A DNA stretch of 64,000 nucleotides, taken from NCBI GenBank assembly GCA_964035545.1, contig OZ037767.1, positions 23,142,628-23,206,627 on the forward strand. The letters are read 5' to 3'. Both the position numbers and the translations under genes were made by a program. The notes under the pieces were generated by a model that ran no database searches, was not told the origin of the DNA, and was given only the letters and a program-made list of their open reading frames with translations. Position 1 is the stretch's first letter; every line of letters starts with the position of its first letter. Of this stretch, positions 13,691 through 25,318 are shown in pieces. The stretch is from Bugula neritina. Lineage: Eukaryota; Animalia; Bryozoa.

Positions 13691-14882
13691 TTGCCAATTG
13701 GACAATTATATAAACTGGAATGAAAGCTTCAAAAGTTGCAATGCTTATTTGTAGCGCAGATTCGCTGTAAATAATTTATGCCACATTCTCTATACTTGAG
13801 AGTATAACATGAGTGTATGACATGTCTTAACAATATGGATCTATGAATTAAACTGCTACCAGTTAACACTACTGACATCCAATATTTCAGAAAAATAATA
13901 TAACTTCATCCTAAAATCTTGTATACATGAAGAACCACTACAAATTCTTCTAAAATAAAGATTGCCAATAGTACTTCCTGTAATTGCATGTTGATTATGA
14001 CGTATTCGTAGGCGAGTAACTGTAACACATCTAGAGCACAGCTTATAATGGAATTACAACCCCAAATGGAAAACAAAAGTAAGTAAACAACTCCAAAATG
14101 AAACTCTAATTGGTAGCCTTGGCTATCGACAGTTACTTCTGTCCAAATTATGAAGTATATTATTTTTGGGAGAAAAATTCGGTATACTCTGTAATAAGTT
14201 ATTCAATATGCCACACATTTTTGAGGAGTTTGAATTAGCAACTAGTTTGATACAAACTATATTGAACCTACTTTGATAAACATACAGACCACACAAGTGA
14301 CTTTAATGTTTATTACAAGCTAAAATTCCGCACTGCATTGTTTCTAAGATCTCGTTTCTTGATTTCATAGCAAAACATTTCAAGTAAAAATTAATGTTCA
14401 AAAAGAATTTACTATCTTTTTTAAAATCTCAAACAAACTTACTAAAAGAATCAACGAAATTTTCTCCACATATGCTTTTTATTTTGAAACTTACAGATAA
14501 AATATGTACGTTTAAAAATATAAAAGTCACAACTAGAGCCTATATTCTAGCTCTCTACTTTGTAAAACCATTTCCGTGTAGCATATTTACAGACCAGAAA
14601 TTTACTACTACCTAGCAATTCATACAAGTGTAGCTATATAGGGTTACCCCTCCCCCCCCCCATAGGATTGGGGTGAAATACAAAATCGTATCAATTGCCA
14701 TAAAAATAGAGCATAAATAGTTAAAATACAGTCAAGTGTAGTCTTCGCTGTTATTGAAAGTAAAGATAATGTTTACTTCATAACAGAATGCTTATCGTAT
14801 ACGGGAAGATGAGGGTGCAACAATTTTCTGCACACACCAAATCGGTAACTGGCTTTATATATAAATATTTGTTGAGATAAAG

Positions 14883-17057
14883 TTATCTTGGACACAGAGC
14901 ATGCCTGCCACCATCAACAGGAAGTGTTGCCCCGGTGATGAAAGATGCAGCATCAGATGCCAGGAAGGCAATCGTGTGAGCAGCTTCGTCTGCTTTTCCA
15001 GGTCGACCTGGTGAGTAGAGAGAATACAATAAATAATAAAAGCTGAAAACAAAAATTAACATTCAAAATTGAATTAATTATTGTAAATATCAATCTTAGC
15101 TGTTTGAAACTAAAATTGGGATTTAATATATCAAACTAAAAAGACAATAATTATTAACATAGAACTGTGAGCAGTAAAGGGCGTTTATGAAAAATTCATT
15201 TAAAATTTGTATTGTGAAGTGCTAAGACTAATTTTAGAGATTTGCATGCATAACGTTTATAAAAATAAAAAAAATCTCATTAAATTTCTATTGAATTAAA
15301 CCAGAATTTCTATTATACAACACATCAGAATTTATGGTGAATAAAATATCAAAACTATAAAACTATTGTGCTAATCGAATCAACGAGTTATACATGATAA
15401 TGATAATACATAGCAAAGATTATAACAAAAATGTTACAGTATTTCACATAGAACAGTTCTACCTAAAGCGTGTGTTGTTTTAGCATGTTCCAAGAACACC
15501 TGGTAAGCCTTGTCATCCAAACCACCTCGCTTATGCAACTCAGTGATTATAACTCCAGGATTTATGGCATTGACTCTCACTCCTGCATCAGCTAACTCTA
15601 CAAGACAATATTATCGTTACTTATACCATCGAGTAGAACATTTAGTAACTATGCAAGTATTATACAAAGGTGAGTAAGTAATGAACCTCAGTATCAGTGA
15701 GCTACTCACCAACATCACCTGCTGTGGAAGAGGAGGCTTGTTTCAAACATGAGCTAAAGAGCTACTTGATGGCAAATCTAAATTTTTGAATTAAAACTAA
15801 AACCTTTGGCTATTGAAGTTGAAACTCCTTTAGTAAAGTTTTCTACTGACTGTCAACCATTCATGGCTTGTATACCTGAACTAGCTGCAGTGCTAGTAGA
15901 GCCTTGTCACCAATATTTTTCTTTTTCAGCTGTTATATGTATTTTTTGGACTAAATATAACAAAACAGACAAGTAATCAAGTTCATACCGAGAGCCACTG
16001 TTCTTGTCATCTGGTCAACAGCAGATTTGGATATGTTGTACGCGAGGACACCAGCAAATGAGCGAAGTCCATTAACACTGGAGACGTTCACTATGCTGCC
16101 TTTACTTTGTATTAGATATGGAACGGCTAACATCGTTAAATGATAAATTGACCTAAAACAGGTTTACAGATGAGTATAAGCAGGCAACTGCAACATAACT
16201 ATATGTCACTAAAGATAAACAGAAGAGATAGAAAACAATTGGAAAAGGTAACAGTACTAACCTTACATTTGTATTGATGAGCCTATCAAACTGAGCTAAT
16301 GAGGTTTGCTCAATGCTACCTCTTTCTAAAATCCCTGCATTGTTCACCTACAACATGTATATTAAAAATGAAAAATTGTAGAATGTCAAATCTACCAAAT
16401 AACTTGTCAACAGCATACATAGCTGAAACCTGTAATTGTTTATTAAGATTACTTCATGGGCTTGACCCACTGCAACCATATTTGTTGAAGACTCTCCCTT
16501 ATAGAGAGGTACAACACATGTTTGTATGAGTATAACACACTGGTTCATGTACAGCTTAACAATCACTAAACGGAGACTGAGTGATAGCTATAAAGAGTAA
16601 GTAGATTACCAGAATGTCCAGTTTACCAAGGTTCTTAACAGTGGAGCTCACAATACTCTCTACGTCTGACTCCTTAGTGAGATCACCAGCCACTGTACAC
16701 ACATGAGCCTTGTGTGCACATTCATCTACAGTCTTAGCTAGGGCATCTTCGTTACGCCCCGTAATCATAACAGTAGCCCCGAGTTTATTAAAAAGAAGAG
16801 CAGTAGCTCTTCCAATCCCAGAACTAGCTCCTAAAAATGCAAATATCCTATTATACATCATGTAATATTCTCTAACTTTATATTATTTAGGTAACACAAC
16901 TTCACATTAAAAAAAATTAACTTCAAAATACTTGGAGACTTGGCAACTGTATAAGCGGTGAGTAGAATACATAAAGACGTAGGTTTATATAATTAAAGGA
17001 TTTGACAGAGATTTTACCTGTTACAAGTGCCATTTTCCCAGCTAAATTTATAGCCAT
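14883..17057 (-). CDS. Classical short-chain dehydrogenase/reductase (FabG-like), ~256 aa, 6 coding exons
   Basis: Exons 17057-17018, 16830-16610, 16347-16262, 16152-15989, 15597-15463, 15007-14883 (771 nt). Motifs TGASSGIG, VNNAG, NVSS, YNISK (YxxxK), VRVNAINPG, ITGATLPVDGG. Basic residue in GRN suggests NADP(H) preference. Confidence 0.93.
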
Positions 17058-17516
17058 CTTTAACAAAATCAATTCCTAAAAATAATTGTTTAGAAAACTT
17101 TAAAATGCACAAGTAAAGTAAAAGGCTAAAGTTAGTAACGAAACATATACGGTATACCAAGTTAATGTCTCTTCACATGTAACTATGCGTTATCAATATC
17201 AATGTGCATACAATTTTAAATCCAATTTAGAGCATAGTAACTGCTTGCTGGTATTTCATAACTGTATTTTTTGGCTTTCGTTATCATTATCCTTATGATT
17301 GTGAAAATACTAATAAGTAATATCAATATGAATATTAAATCCAATATGATTATGACAATGACTAAGAATCATTTAATTTAATTTTGAACTGTTAAACTCA
17401 ATTACTAATAGTAATACTATTAGTAATACTGTCATTATTAGTTTTGCTATTAGCATAACTGTATAAGTACTACTATTTATATTACTAAGACTAATACTAA
17501 TAGTAATACTAATACT

Positions 17517-17844
17517 TGTTATATTATTATGTGTCTTTTGTTTATCACTAATTACGGACTAGCGAGATGCTACGTTATAATGTCATGTGCATTTGTTTAT
17601 TAAAATACATATTGGGTCACCGACGAACGAGAGACTACGAGATGAAAGATGTCAGCCTACAGTAGAGAAACATGCCGATAGACTTTGTGATAAAATAATT
17701 ATAAATCAGTACTATACTTTTGGTCCTTGTATTTCCCCTGGCCGGCCAGACCCCACTTTATTGTTCTTTCGATACTTCAATGTCATGCCTACATACTTCG
17801 AGTAACTCTCAGGTAATTATATACTCACTATACTTAATGTTTCA
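17517..17844 (+). repeat. 5' LTR (328 bp)
   Basis: TGTTAT...TTTCA; no differences from the 3' LTR seen by eye, and both give the same 72-aa ORF in the track. Confidence 0.97.
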
Positions 17845-17854
17845 TGGTGGCAGC
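17845..17854 (+). promoter_or_regulatory. Primer-binding site, probably tRNA-Leu
   Basis: TGGTGGCAGC directly after the LTR is complementary to a ...GCTGCCACCA tRNA 3' end, as in tRNA-Leu(AAG/TAG). Confidence 0.7.
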
Positions 17855-17952
17855 TAGATCGTACTCGCACCCTACTTTGCCACTGGAGTGGTGACTGTTT
17901 AGCTTTTAGTTGTTTGTTGTTGTGGACTGTGTTGGTCTGCCTTGGAGCTGTC

Positions 17953-20900
17953 ATGGAAGGTTTGAAGGCCCCTGGAGAATTATCATTTGAAGGTAATGTG
18001 TCAGACAATTGGAGGAAGTGGAGAAGGGCCTTGGAAAATTATTTGCTTGCAAGTGATTTGGTTTTGAAGCCTCAAGAGAGTGGCCAAGAGCCTCCTCCTG
18101 AGAATGCGGGTATTAATAGACGTCAGGTTGCTATACTTCTGAACCAGGCTGGTGAGGAAGCTACTGAGATTTATGGTCAATTTGACTTTCCCGCAGGTAA
18201 AAGCAAGGATGTTATGGCTGATGTTTTGGAGCAGTTTGAAGCCTATTGCAATCCCCGGCGCAACGTGTTGTATGAATGGTTTGTTTTTTGGTCTCTCAGT
18301 CAGAGTGATGGAGAGCCCATTGACACCTTTGTGAAACGTCTAAAAACTCAAGCTACAAAATGTGATTTTGGCGAATTGCGAGACCGAATGCTTCTCTGCA
18401 GAATTGTGTTTGGACTCACTGATGGAAAGCTGAAGGAGCGGCTACTCCGTGACAAAAACGTTAAACTTGAGAGTGCCTTAGATGACATCCGTGCTGCTGA
18501 GATTACCAAACAGCAGATGTCAAGGATGGCTGCCGGTGATACTACTATGAAGACAGTCAATGAGATAAATGATGCTGCAGTCAGCACTGTGCAGAGTCAG
18601 TCTGGCGCTACGCAAAATAAAACCAGAAGTAACACATGTAAGGACAACATAGATTGCAAATTTTGTGAATATACACATGCCAAAGGTAGATGTCCTGCTT
18701 ATGGCGAGACATGTCATAACTGCGGGAAGAAAAATCACTTTGAGAAAGTCTGCAAAGGCAAAGCTCTTGCAGAGAAACAAATGAATAGCTTGTTCATAGG
18801 TGCTGTTGGTGCTCTTTCTAATGAATCTAAATTAAAATCTTGGATTCTTCCGATGAAGGTCAGTGACAAAGGAAAGGCCAATGATATTCAGTTTAAGATT
18901 GATACTGGAGCTGAAACAAATTGCATCAACCTAAGAACCGCTCAGTCACTTGGTGCTACTCTAAAGCCCACTTCTGTATGCCTTTACGGCTATAATAAGA
19001 CCAAGATCAAGAATGTGGGTGCAGTTCAACTCACCGTGAACCACAAGGAGCACAGCCAGATTGTCCACTTTGAGGTGGTTGATGAGGACCTTCCTCCCAT
19101 ATTTGGCCTCGAGGCTGCTGAATCTTTTGGTCTGATCCGCAGAGTTGATCAGTTGTCAACCTCGATACTTCAGGAGTTCCCTGAGGTGTTTGAAGGAGTT
19201 GGCAGACTTGATGGAGAGCACGAGATATGTGTTGACGAGAATGTGAAGCCTGTGGTTCATCATCCAAGACGTGTCCCACTCAGTATGTTAGACAAAGTGA
19301 AAAAGGAGCTGGATGATATGGAGGCATCTGGAATCATATCTAAGGTTGACGTACCAACCAACTGGGTGAGTAGTATGGTATGCGTTGAAAAGAAAGATGG
19401 GTCGGTTCGTATATGCCTAGACCCCAAGGACCTGAACAGAGCAGTGAGACGAGAACATCACAAGATACCCACATTAGAAGACATTGCCTTCAGATTCAAT
19501 GGTATGCAATACTACACCATCATGGACATGAAACATGGATACTGGCATGTAGCCTTGACCAAAGAGAGTAGTCTGCTCACAACGTTCAACACCCCATATG
19601 GTCGCTACTGTTTTGATAGACTTCCATTTGGTCTTCACTCAAGTGCTGAAGTCTTTGAGAAGAAGGTGGAGCAAATATTTGGAGACTTGCCTGGTGTCTC
19701 AGTGTATTTTGATGACATCATTGTAGCTGGAAAGACACAACAGGAACATGATGCCAATCTGAGAAAGCTATTGGTAAAGGCCAAAGAGGCTAATGTGAAG
19801 TTTAATCGCAAGAAGATTCAGTTGAATCAGACGGAGGTACGCTATTTAGGCCATATAGTATCGAAAGATGGTCTGCGGCCTGACCCAGACAAGATAGCTG
19901 CTATTGAGGCCATGCCTGACCCAACAGACCGAGAGGGAGTACAAAGACTGATTGGTACTCTCAATTTTCTAAGAGCCTACATACCCAACATGTCAGCCTG
20001 TACTGAGCCCTTGAGAGTGCTACTGAAGAGTGATAGTCAGTGGGTGTGGTCCAAAGAACAAATGGAAAGCTTCCAGGTAATTAAACGCTTGCTTACATCC
20101 GAACCTGTCTTGCAGTATTTTGATGTTACCAAGGATGCGCATTTACAAGTTGACGCTTCAAAGTCGGGACTTGGTGCAGTGTTACTACAGGAAGGTAAAC
20201 CTGTTGCCTATGCTTCACGCAGCTTAACTGAGACTGAGTGCAACTATCCCCAAATAGATAAGGAGCTGCTAGCAGTTGTGTTCGGCTGTGAGCGCTTTCA
20301 CAGCTACCTCTATGGACGTGCTGTTCACATACAAACGGATCATAAACCTCTCGTCCCGATAATGAACAAGTCGTTGCACAAGGCATCCCCAAGGCTGCAA
20401 AGACTACTTCTGCGACTACAAAGATACCGGATAGCTGAGTTCACATATGTTCCGGGCAAGTATTTATATATTGCTGACACACTATCCCGAGCCTACCTTC
20501 AGCGCGTTACAAATGATCAGTGTGATCTCGAAGGTGAAGTTGTAATGGTTCATGCCTTAGAAACCGATGATAGCACCATGAATAAGATGAGACAGTCATA
20601 TGCTGAAGACCCGACAATGGACAGTCTGAAAAAAGCACTGCAAGATGGTTGGTCATGGAGTAGACGGAGTCAGGCCCCCACAGAATCCCAACCCTACTGG
20701 AATGTTAGATCTGACATCTATGATGTGGATGGATTTCTTTACGTTGAAGAGCGGCTTATAGTTCCGAAGTCACAGAGGAAGCACATTCTAAAGTCGCTAC
20801 ACATGGGCCACCTGGGCGTTGAGAAATGCAGAGAGCTTGCGAGGAAATCATCCTATTGGCCTGGGCTATCTGCTGATATACGGAATGAAGTGTCAAGTTG

Positions 20901-21843
20901 TCTCACCTGCGCTAAGTTTTCCAACCGTCAACAGAAAGAGCCGTTAATGTCTCATGAGCTGCCAAGTCTACCATGGAATAAAGTGGCTATAGATATACTG
21001 TCCTATAAGAATAATGATTACTTGGTAGTTGTGGACTGTTACTCTCACTTCCCCGAGCTGAGATTACTCAGGAGAAAGACTGCTGAAGACGTGGTTTTGG
21101 CATTGAAATCCATATTTGCTGTACACGGGGTACCAGTGTCCATTCTGGCGGACAACATGCCTTTCAGCAGTAGAGTCATGCAAACTTTTGCATCAAGCTG
21201 GTGCTTCACCATTGTAACATCTAGTCCGCACTACCCTAAGTCCAATGGAATGGCTGAGCGTTATGTGCAAACGATGAAAGCCTTTCTAAAAAAATGTGAG
21301 GATGAAAGAGAGGATATATACAGGTCACTACTCAGATACAGGCAATCTCCTATCACTGGCTGTGCTTTCAGTCCAGCTGAGCTTCTGTTCAACAGAGCCC
21401 TAAGAAGTGATTTGCCAATCACTGCCGAGTCGCTTAAACCAGTTGTTATTGAGGCTAGCCAACAACTAATAGCCAACCAAAGCTTGCAGAAGAAGTACCA
21501 TGACCGCCATGCACGGCCGTTGGCTGATCTGGAACCAGGGACTCCTGCACTAATCAGGTCAAGCACTGACAAAGAATGGTCGCCAGGAATGATTGTCGAG
21601 CAGCATGACTCCCCCAGATCCTACTTGGTTGACAACGGTCAGTCTATAGTGCGTAGGAATCGTGTTCACCTCAAACCAGATAACACACAGACCCTTGGTG
21701 TCGCTGATGCTGCTGATTCTGATGTTGGGGATGCTCCTAATGATTCCCCCCACATGCCTGCCCTGCCTGCAACACCTCTCAGGAACACGGCACCACCACC
21801 AGAGCGTCAACCCAGAAGCAACCGTGGAGTTCCTTCCCGCTAA
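17953..21843 (+). CDS. Gag-Pol polyprotein of the Gypsy element
   Basis: First ATG at 17953 in an open 1309-codon frame. Two Zn knuckles (CKFCEYTHAKGRC, CHNCGKKNHFEKVC), protease FKIDTGA, RT LPFG..YFDD, RNase H VDASKSGLG..KELLA..TDHKPL, integrase HMGH..CLTC and D-D-E (IDIL, ADN, GMAER). Confidence 0.97.
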   Translation: MEGLKAPGELSFEGNVSDNWRKWRRALENYLLASDLVLKPQESGQEPPPENAGINRRQVAILLNQAGEEATEIYGQFDFPAGKSKDVMADVLEQFEAYCNPRRNVLYEWFVFWSLSQSDGEPIDTFVKRLKTQATKCDFGELRDRMLLCRIVFGLTDGKLKERLLRDKNVKLESALDDIRAAEITKQQMSRMAAGDTTMKTVNEINDAAVSTVQSQSGATQNKTRSNTCKDNIDCKFCEYTHAKGRCPAYGETCHNCGKKNHFEKVCKGKALAEKQMNSLFIGAVGALSNESKLKSWILPMKVSDKGKANDIQFKIDTGAETNCINLRTAQSLGATLKPTSVCLYGYNKTKIKNVGAVQLTVNHKEHSQIVHFEVVDEDLPPIFGLEAAESFGLIRRVDQLSTSILQEFPEVFEGVGRLDGEHEICVDENVKPVVHHPRRVPLSMLDKVKKELDDMEASGIISKVDVPTNWVSSMVCVEKKDGSVRICLDPKDLNRAVRREHHKIPTLEDIAFRFNGMQYYTIMDMKHGYWHVALTKESSLLTTFNTPYGRYCFDRLPFGLHSSAEVFEKKVEQIFGDLPGVSVYFDDIIVAGKTQQEHDANLRKLLVKAKEANVKFNRKKIQLNQTEVRYLGHIVSKDGLRPDPDKIAAIEAMPDPTDREGVQRLIGTLNFLRAYIPNMSACTEPLRVLLKSDSQWVWSKEQMESFQVIKRLLTSEPVLQYFDVTKDAHLQVDASKSGLGAVLLQEGKPVAYASRSLTETECNYPQIDKELLAVVFGCERFHSYLYGRAVHIQTDHKPLVPIMNKSLHKASPRLQRLLLRLQRYRIAEFTYVPGKYLYIADTLSRAYLQRVTNDQCDLEGEVVMVHALETDDSTMNKMRQSYAEDPTMDSLKKALQDGWSWSRRSQAPTESQPYWNVRSDIYDVDGFLYVEERLIVPKSQRKHILKSLHMGHLGVEKCRELARKSSYWPGLSADIRNEVSSCLTCAKFSNRQQKEPLMSHELPSLPWNKVAIDILSYKNNDYLVVVDCYSHFPELRLLRRKTAEDVVLALKSIFAVHGVPVSILADNMPFSSRVMQTFASSWCFTIVTSSPHYPKSNGMAERYVQTMKAFLKKCEDEREDIYRSLLRYRQSPITGCAFSPAELLFNRALRSDLPITAESLKPVVIEASQQLIANQSLQKKYHDRHARPLADLEPGTPALIRSSTDKEWSPGMIVEQHDSPRSYLVDNGQSIVRRNRVHLKPDNTQTLGVADAADSDVGDAPNDSPHMPALPATPLRNTAPPPERQPRSNRGVPSR

Positions 21844-22019
21844 ATACAAGGACTTCCACATGGGATAAGCTATTAGCCGTTTCCCACCCTGTACATAGTT
21901 ATTTAGTTTCATTGTTAATCCCCAATCCATATTAATCATGTATACTCGTATCATATTATTAATCTCAGCAACCTTAATCACAATGTTATAGAAGGAAGTC
22001 ACCTGCTTAAGAAGGGAGA

Positions 22020-22347
22020 TGTTATATTATTATGTGTCTTTTGTTTATCACTAATTACGGACTAGCGAGATGCTACGTTATAATGTCATGTGCATTTGTT
22101 TATTAAAATACATATTGGGTCACCGACGAACGAGAGACTACGAGATGAAAGATGTCAGCCTACAGTAGAGAAACATGCCGATAGACTTTGTGATAAAATA
22201 ATTATAAATCAGTACTATACTTTTGGTCCTTGTATTTCCCCTGGCCGGCCAGACCCCACTTTATTGTTCTTTCGATACTTCAATGTCATGCCTACATACT
22301 TCGAGTAACTCTCAGGTAATTATATACTCACTATACTTAATGTTTCA
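22020..22347 (+). repeat. 3' LTR (328 bp)
   Basis: Copy of 17517-17844, preceded by the polypurine tract. Confidence 0.97.
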
Positions 22348-23394
22348 ATACTAATAGTTATAGTATTACATTCACTATTAGTATTATTAAGTCTAAGACT
22401 AATGCCAATGGTAATAAACATCGTTAATGTTTGTTATACTTATAATTATTTTCACTATAATTACATTTAATTTTATTACTATTAGTATTAGACAACTGTA
22501 CGGTCTATACCTATTTAACAAGTAATAGTATAACTATTACTATAAGTATAAGATTAAGTTGCTGACTAACTTTAAGTTTAAGTGCAGAACACTTGGTCTT
22601 GTGAATCAATAGCAATAGACAATAAGAATAGGTATAACTATAACATTAACTTTAAGTTTAGCCATCAATCATCATGATCATCATCACGATCATCATAATG
22701 ATCATAACTCATAGAGTTAGACATAAGTGATAAGATTAAGATTTAGATTAACTCTAAGACTCATGTTACATGTGCATCGCATTTCACTTTCATTTGCAAT
22801 AATATTAATATACTAAAATCAAAATAAATATTATATTTGTTAATATTCAACTACACCTTGAAGTTACAAGCAATGTTTACAATGTTTACGAAAATATAAT
22901 ATTCATTTCACGACTCTCAGTAACAAAATTATCATAATGCCATAAATTAAAAAAAACTAATTATAGCCCGTGCATTTGTTTTGCAAAGACAATACGGTTT
23001 CCTAACGCGCAAGACTCTTTTTGTGCAAACTTCGCAATAAATAATTTTAGCTAGGTCAATGTAATGCTACTACGGTGACCTTTTTAGGAGTTGTGCCCCT
23101 CTTTCAAATGTGGTGCACAACTCTTAACATAGTTTTAATGCCTAATTAACATGAAGCTTCTTTTATTACAGAAAAGTGATTTTGTACAAGAAGCTTTTCA
23201 GATAGCAAAACCAAACTTCCTACAGCAGGTTGATCAGTTGTGGCACTCATAAACTTTAAAAAATACATGAAAATCCTCAAATTGGATCCATTGAGATGGA
23301 GATTTTTAAGATTTTTAGAGCTGCAGATCAAAATACGCACTAAATTAGTCTAAAAACCATGCAATTGTATTATACATTCTTATATGTAAAAGTG

Positions 23395-23452
23395 AAAAAA
23401 AATCACTCATGGAAGTTTATAGTCGCTATCCTTGTGGAAAGGGTTCTGAAAA
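23395..23452 (-). mobile_element. 3' tail fragment of the tRNA-derived SINE family seen at 61921-62137
   Basis: Reverse strand reads CAAGGATAGCGACTATAAACTTCCATGAGTGATTTTTTT versus CAGGAATGACGACTATAAACTTGCGTGAGTTTTTTT near 62101-62137. Confidence 0.5.
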
Positions 23453-24981
23453 TTTTTGCTTTTAACAGGTAGGCCTGAAAAAATTTCTAATTTGGAGCTC
23501 AAATCTAAAGCTATTGTAAAGCATAACACTCACTCTATGGTTTGAGATTTATCATAGATTAGGTTTTTTGAAAAACATTCTCAAAAAAATATCTTAAATA
23601 TACTCATGATGCACATAAAAAGAAAATACTTGAAATTAGTAGAAAACTTAATTATCATTTACTGTGTTATCTGCATCATTGTTGTGGTAGGTTTTTACAA
23701 TTTGGGGTATTGTAAACTCACCGAATAATATATAGGTTGTAGCCTTTGCGTGAGCTTGAGGTCAGTGTACAGTTACAGATTAATGGCTTGGCTGCCAGGT
23801 AACTCCAGCTCCCGTCCGTCCGTAGGGGTGAAGTTGAGAACTCCGGGTTAGAGTAGTTGGCTGGTGGTGCTCCTCAGTCTATGATTCTGGGCTAGCACTC
23901 ACTAACGTACCCTAGCACATTCTAATTGGGTCGCATACATTCTATGAAATTATCCTCAATCGTTCCTCTATCAGTCAACAATCTTCACCTTTCCCATTTA
24001 CACTATGTTTTATAGCTACAACACTCACCCAAGCAACACCCACGCTATATTCAATATATCAGAGTTGTGCACCCAACACACATGCAACAATAAGAGCAGA
24101 CAACTACACATACTTATAAATCCCAATATAACATCATTATTGCAACAGCTAACGATTTGGCCAAACAATATTTCCAGTTATCTTGATTTCTCTTCTTTCA
24201 AACCTCCATGTGACTCATTTAGCGGTTGTTATATTTGCTTCCACCAGCAGACTGTCATATTTATGTATATATCATACATATAACAGGGTGTATGATGCAT
24301 TCATGCAATCTGTGTAAGGTTTATATACTCTAGAAAAGTGCATGTAGGCCTACAGTAGATCAGCTAATGGTACAATATCATAAGCTAAGAACTACATCAG
24401 TTTCTATAGACAACTGCAGATGAGTCATGAATGTTTATCGCATTTATTAAAACATAATTTATTTTTGAAACAGTAATTATTTTACATTGGTAAATAATTA
24501 TAAAATTGAAATATAAAAATAATAAGCTAGCCAACGTGTGAAAATAAGTTGCACATACATCACAGTAAGTGAGTAATCAGACTTAGGAATAAGGAATAAA
24601 TACAGAATATTGTCCTAGGATAACAGCTGCAAGTATAACTTATAGGTAGAAACGAATGTACACAAACTCTCTAACTCTAAACTACACTATACTTCAATGT
24701 AAAACGGCATTGTATATATGTAGAAAATACTTTAGTGCAATTACAACTATAATAGCTGCAGATCTTAAAAACTTTTAAAACTATAAACTCTGGTTGAAAA
24801 CACAACAAAAACCAATTGCAAACTAAAAATGAAGCAAACATTAGAAACATAATAACTCGGCTGTGGGTCACCCCACTGAGTCATATGACAGAGGCAAGAT
24901 TTTGATAGCCTTATACTATAGTAACTCTACTGTCTAATCAGCTTGCACTTTGAATAGCACATACAGCAGCAAGTCATTTCA

Positions 24982-25228
24982 TCATGACATCATTGACTTC
25001 CGATAGTCCAAAGACTTCTCCCAGCGTTTCTCATTATTTATTAATTCATTGTTTTTATGAGCCTCATAATGGAAATCTGGTGTCTTTAGAGCATACCTAT
25101 GAGTATGAGTAACATCACAGTGTATTTTCCGGTGATAGAACAAAAAAGCTACGGATACATTATTATACCTCATGGAGTTAACAATTGTAAATTTTTAAAG
25201 TTGAAAACATATTACAAGAGTTTAATTG

Positions 25229-25318
<90 letters not shown>

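Larger units (their letters stand above)
17517..22347 (+). mobile_element. Full-length Ty3/Gypsy LTR retrotransposon (Mag-like), 4831 bp
   Basis: TG...CA LTRs at 17517-17844 and 22020-22347; 5-bp TSD ATACT (17512-17516 and 22348-22352); PBS TGGTGGCAGC at 17845; PPT AAGAAGGGAGA before the 3' LTR; single gag-pol ORF in PR-RT-RH-IN order. Confidence 0.97.

Noticed and set aside
17587-17805. Identical 72-aa ORFs at 17587 and 22090 as a duplicated gene
   Set aside because: They lie inside the two LTRs, start at GTG and have no recognisable motif.
21844-22019. env or extra ORF in the retrotransposon
   Set aside because: Only ~175 bp lie between pol and the 3' LTR; the antisense ORFs over pol have no recognisable features.
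23780-23900. Self-cleaving ribozyme or telomerase RNA
   Set aside because: Partial words (TAACTCC, CTGAGGA and CTAACCC on the - strand) are present, but the partner elements (GAAA core, twister pseudoknot, full template) could not be found.
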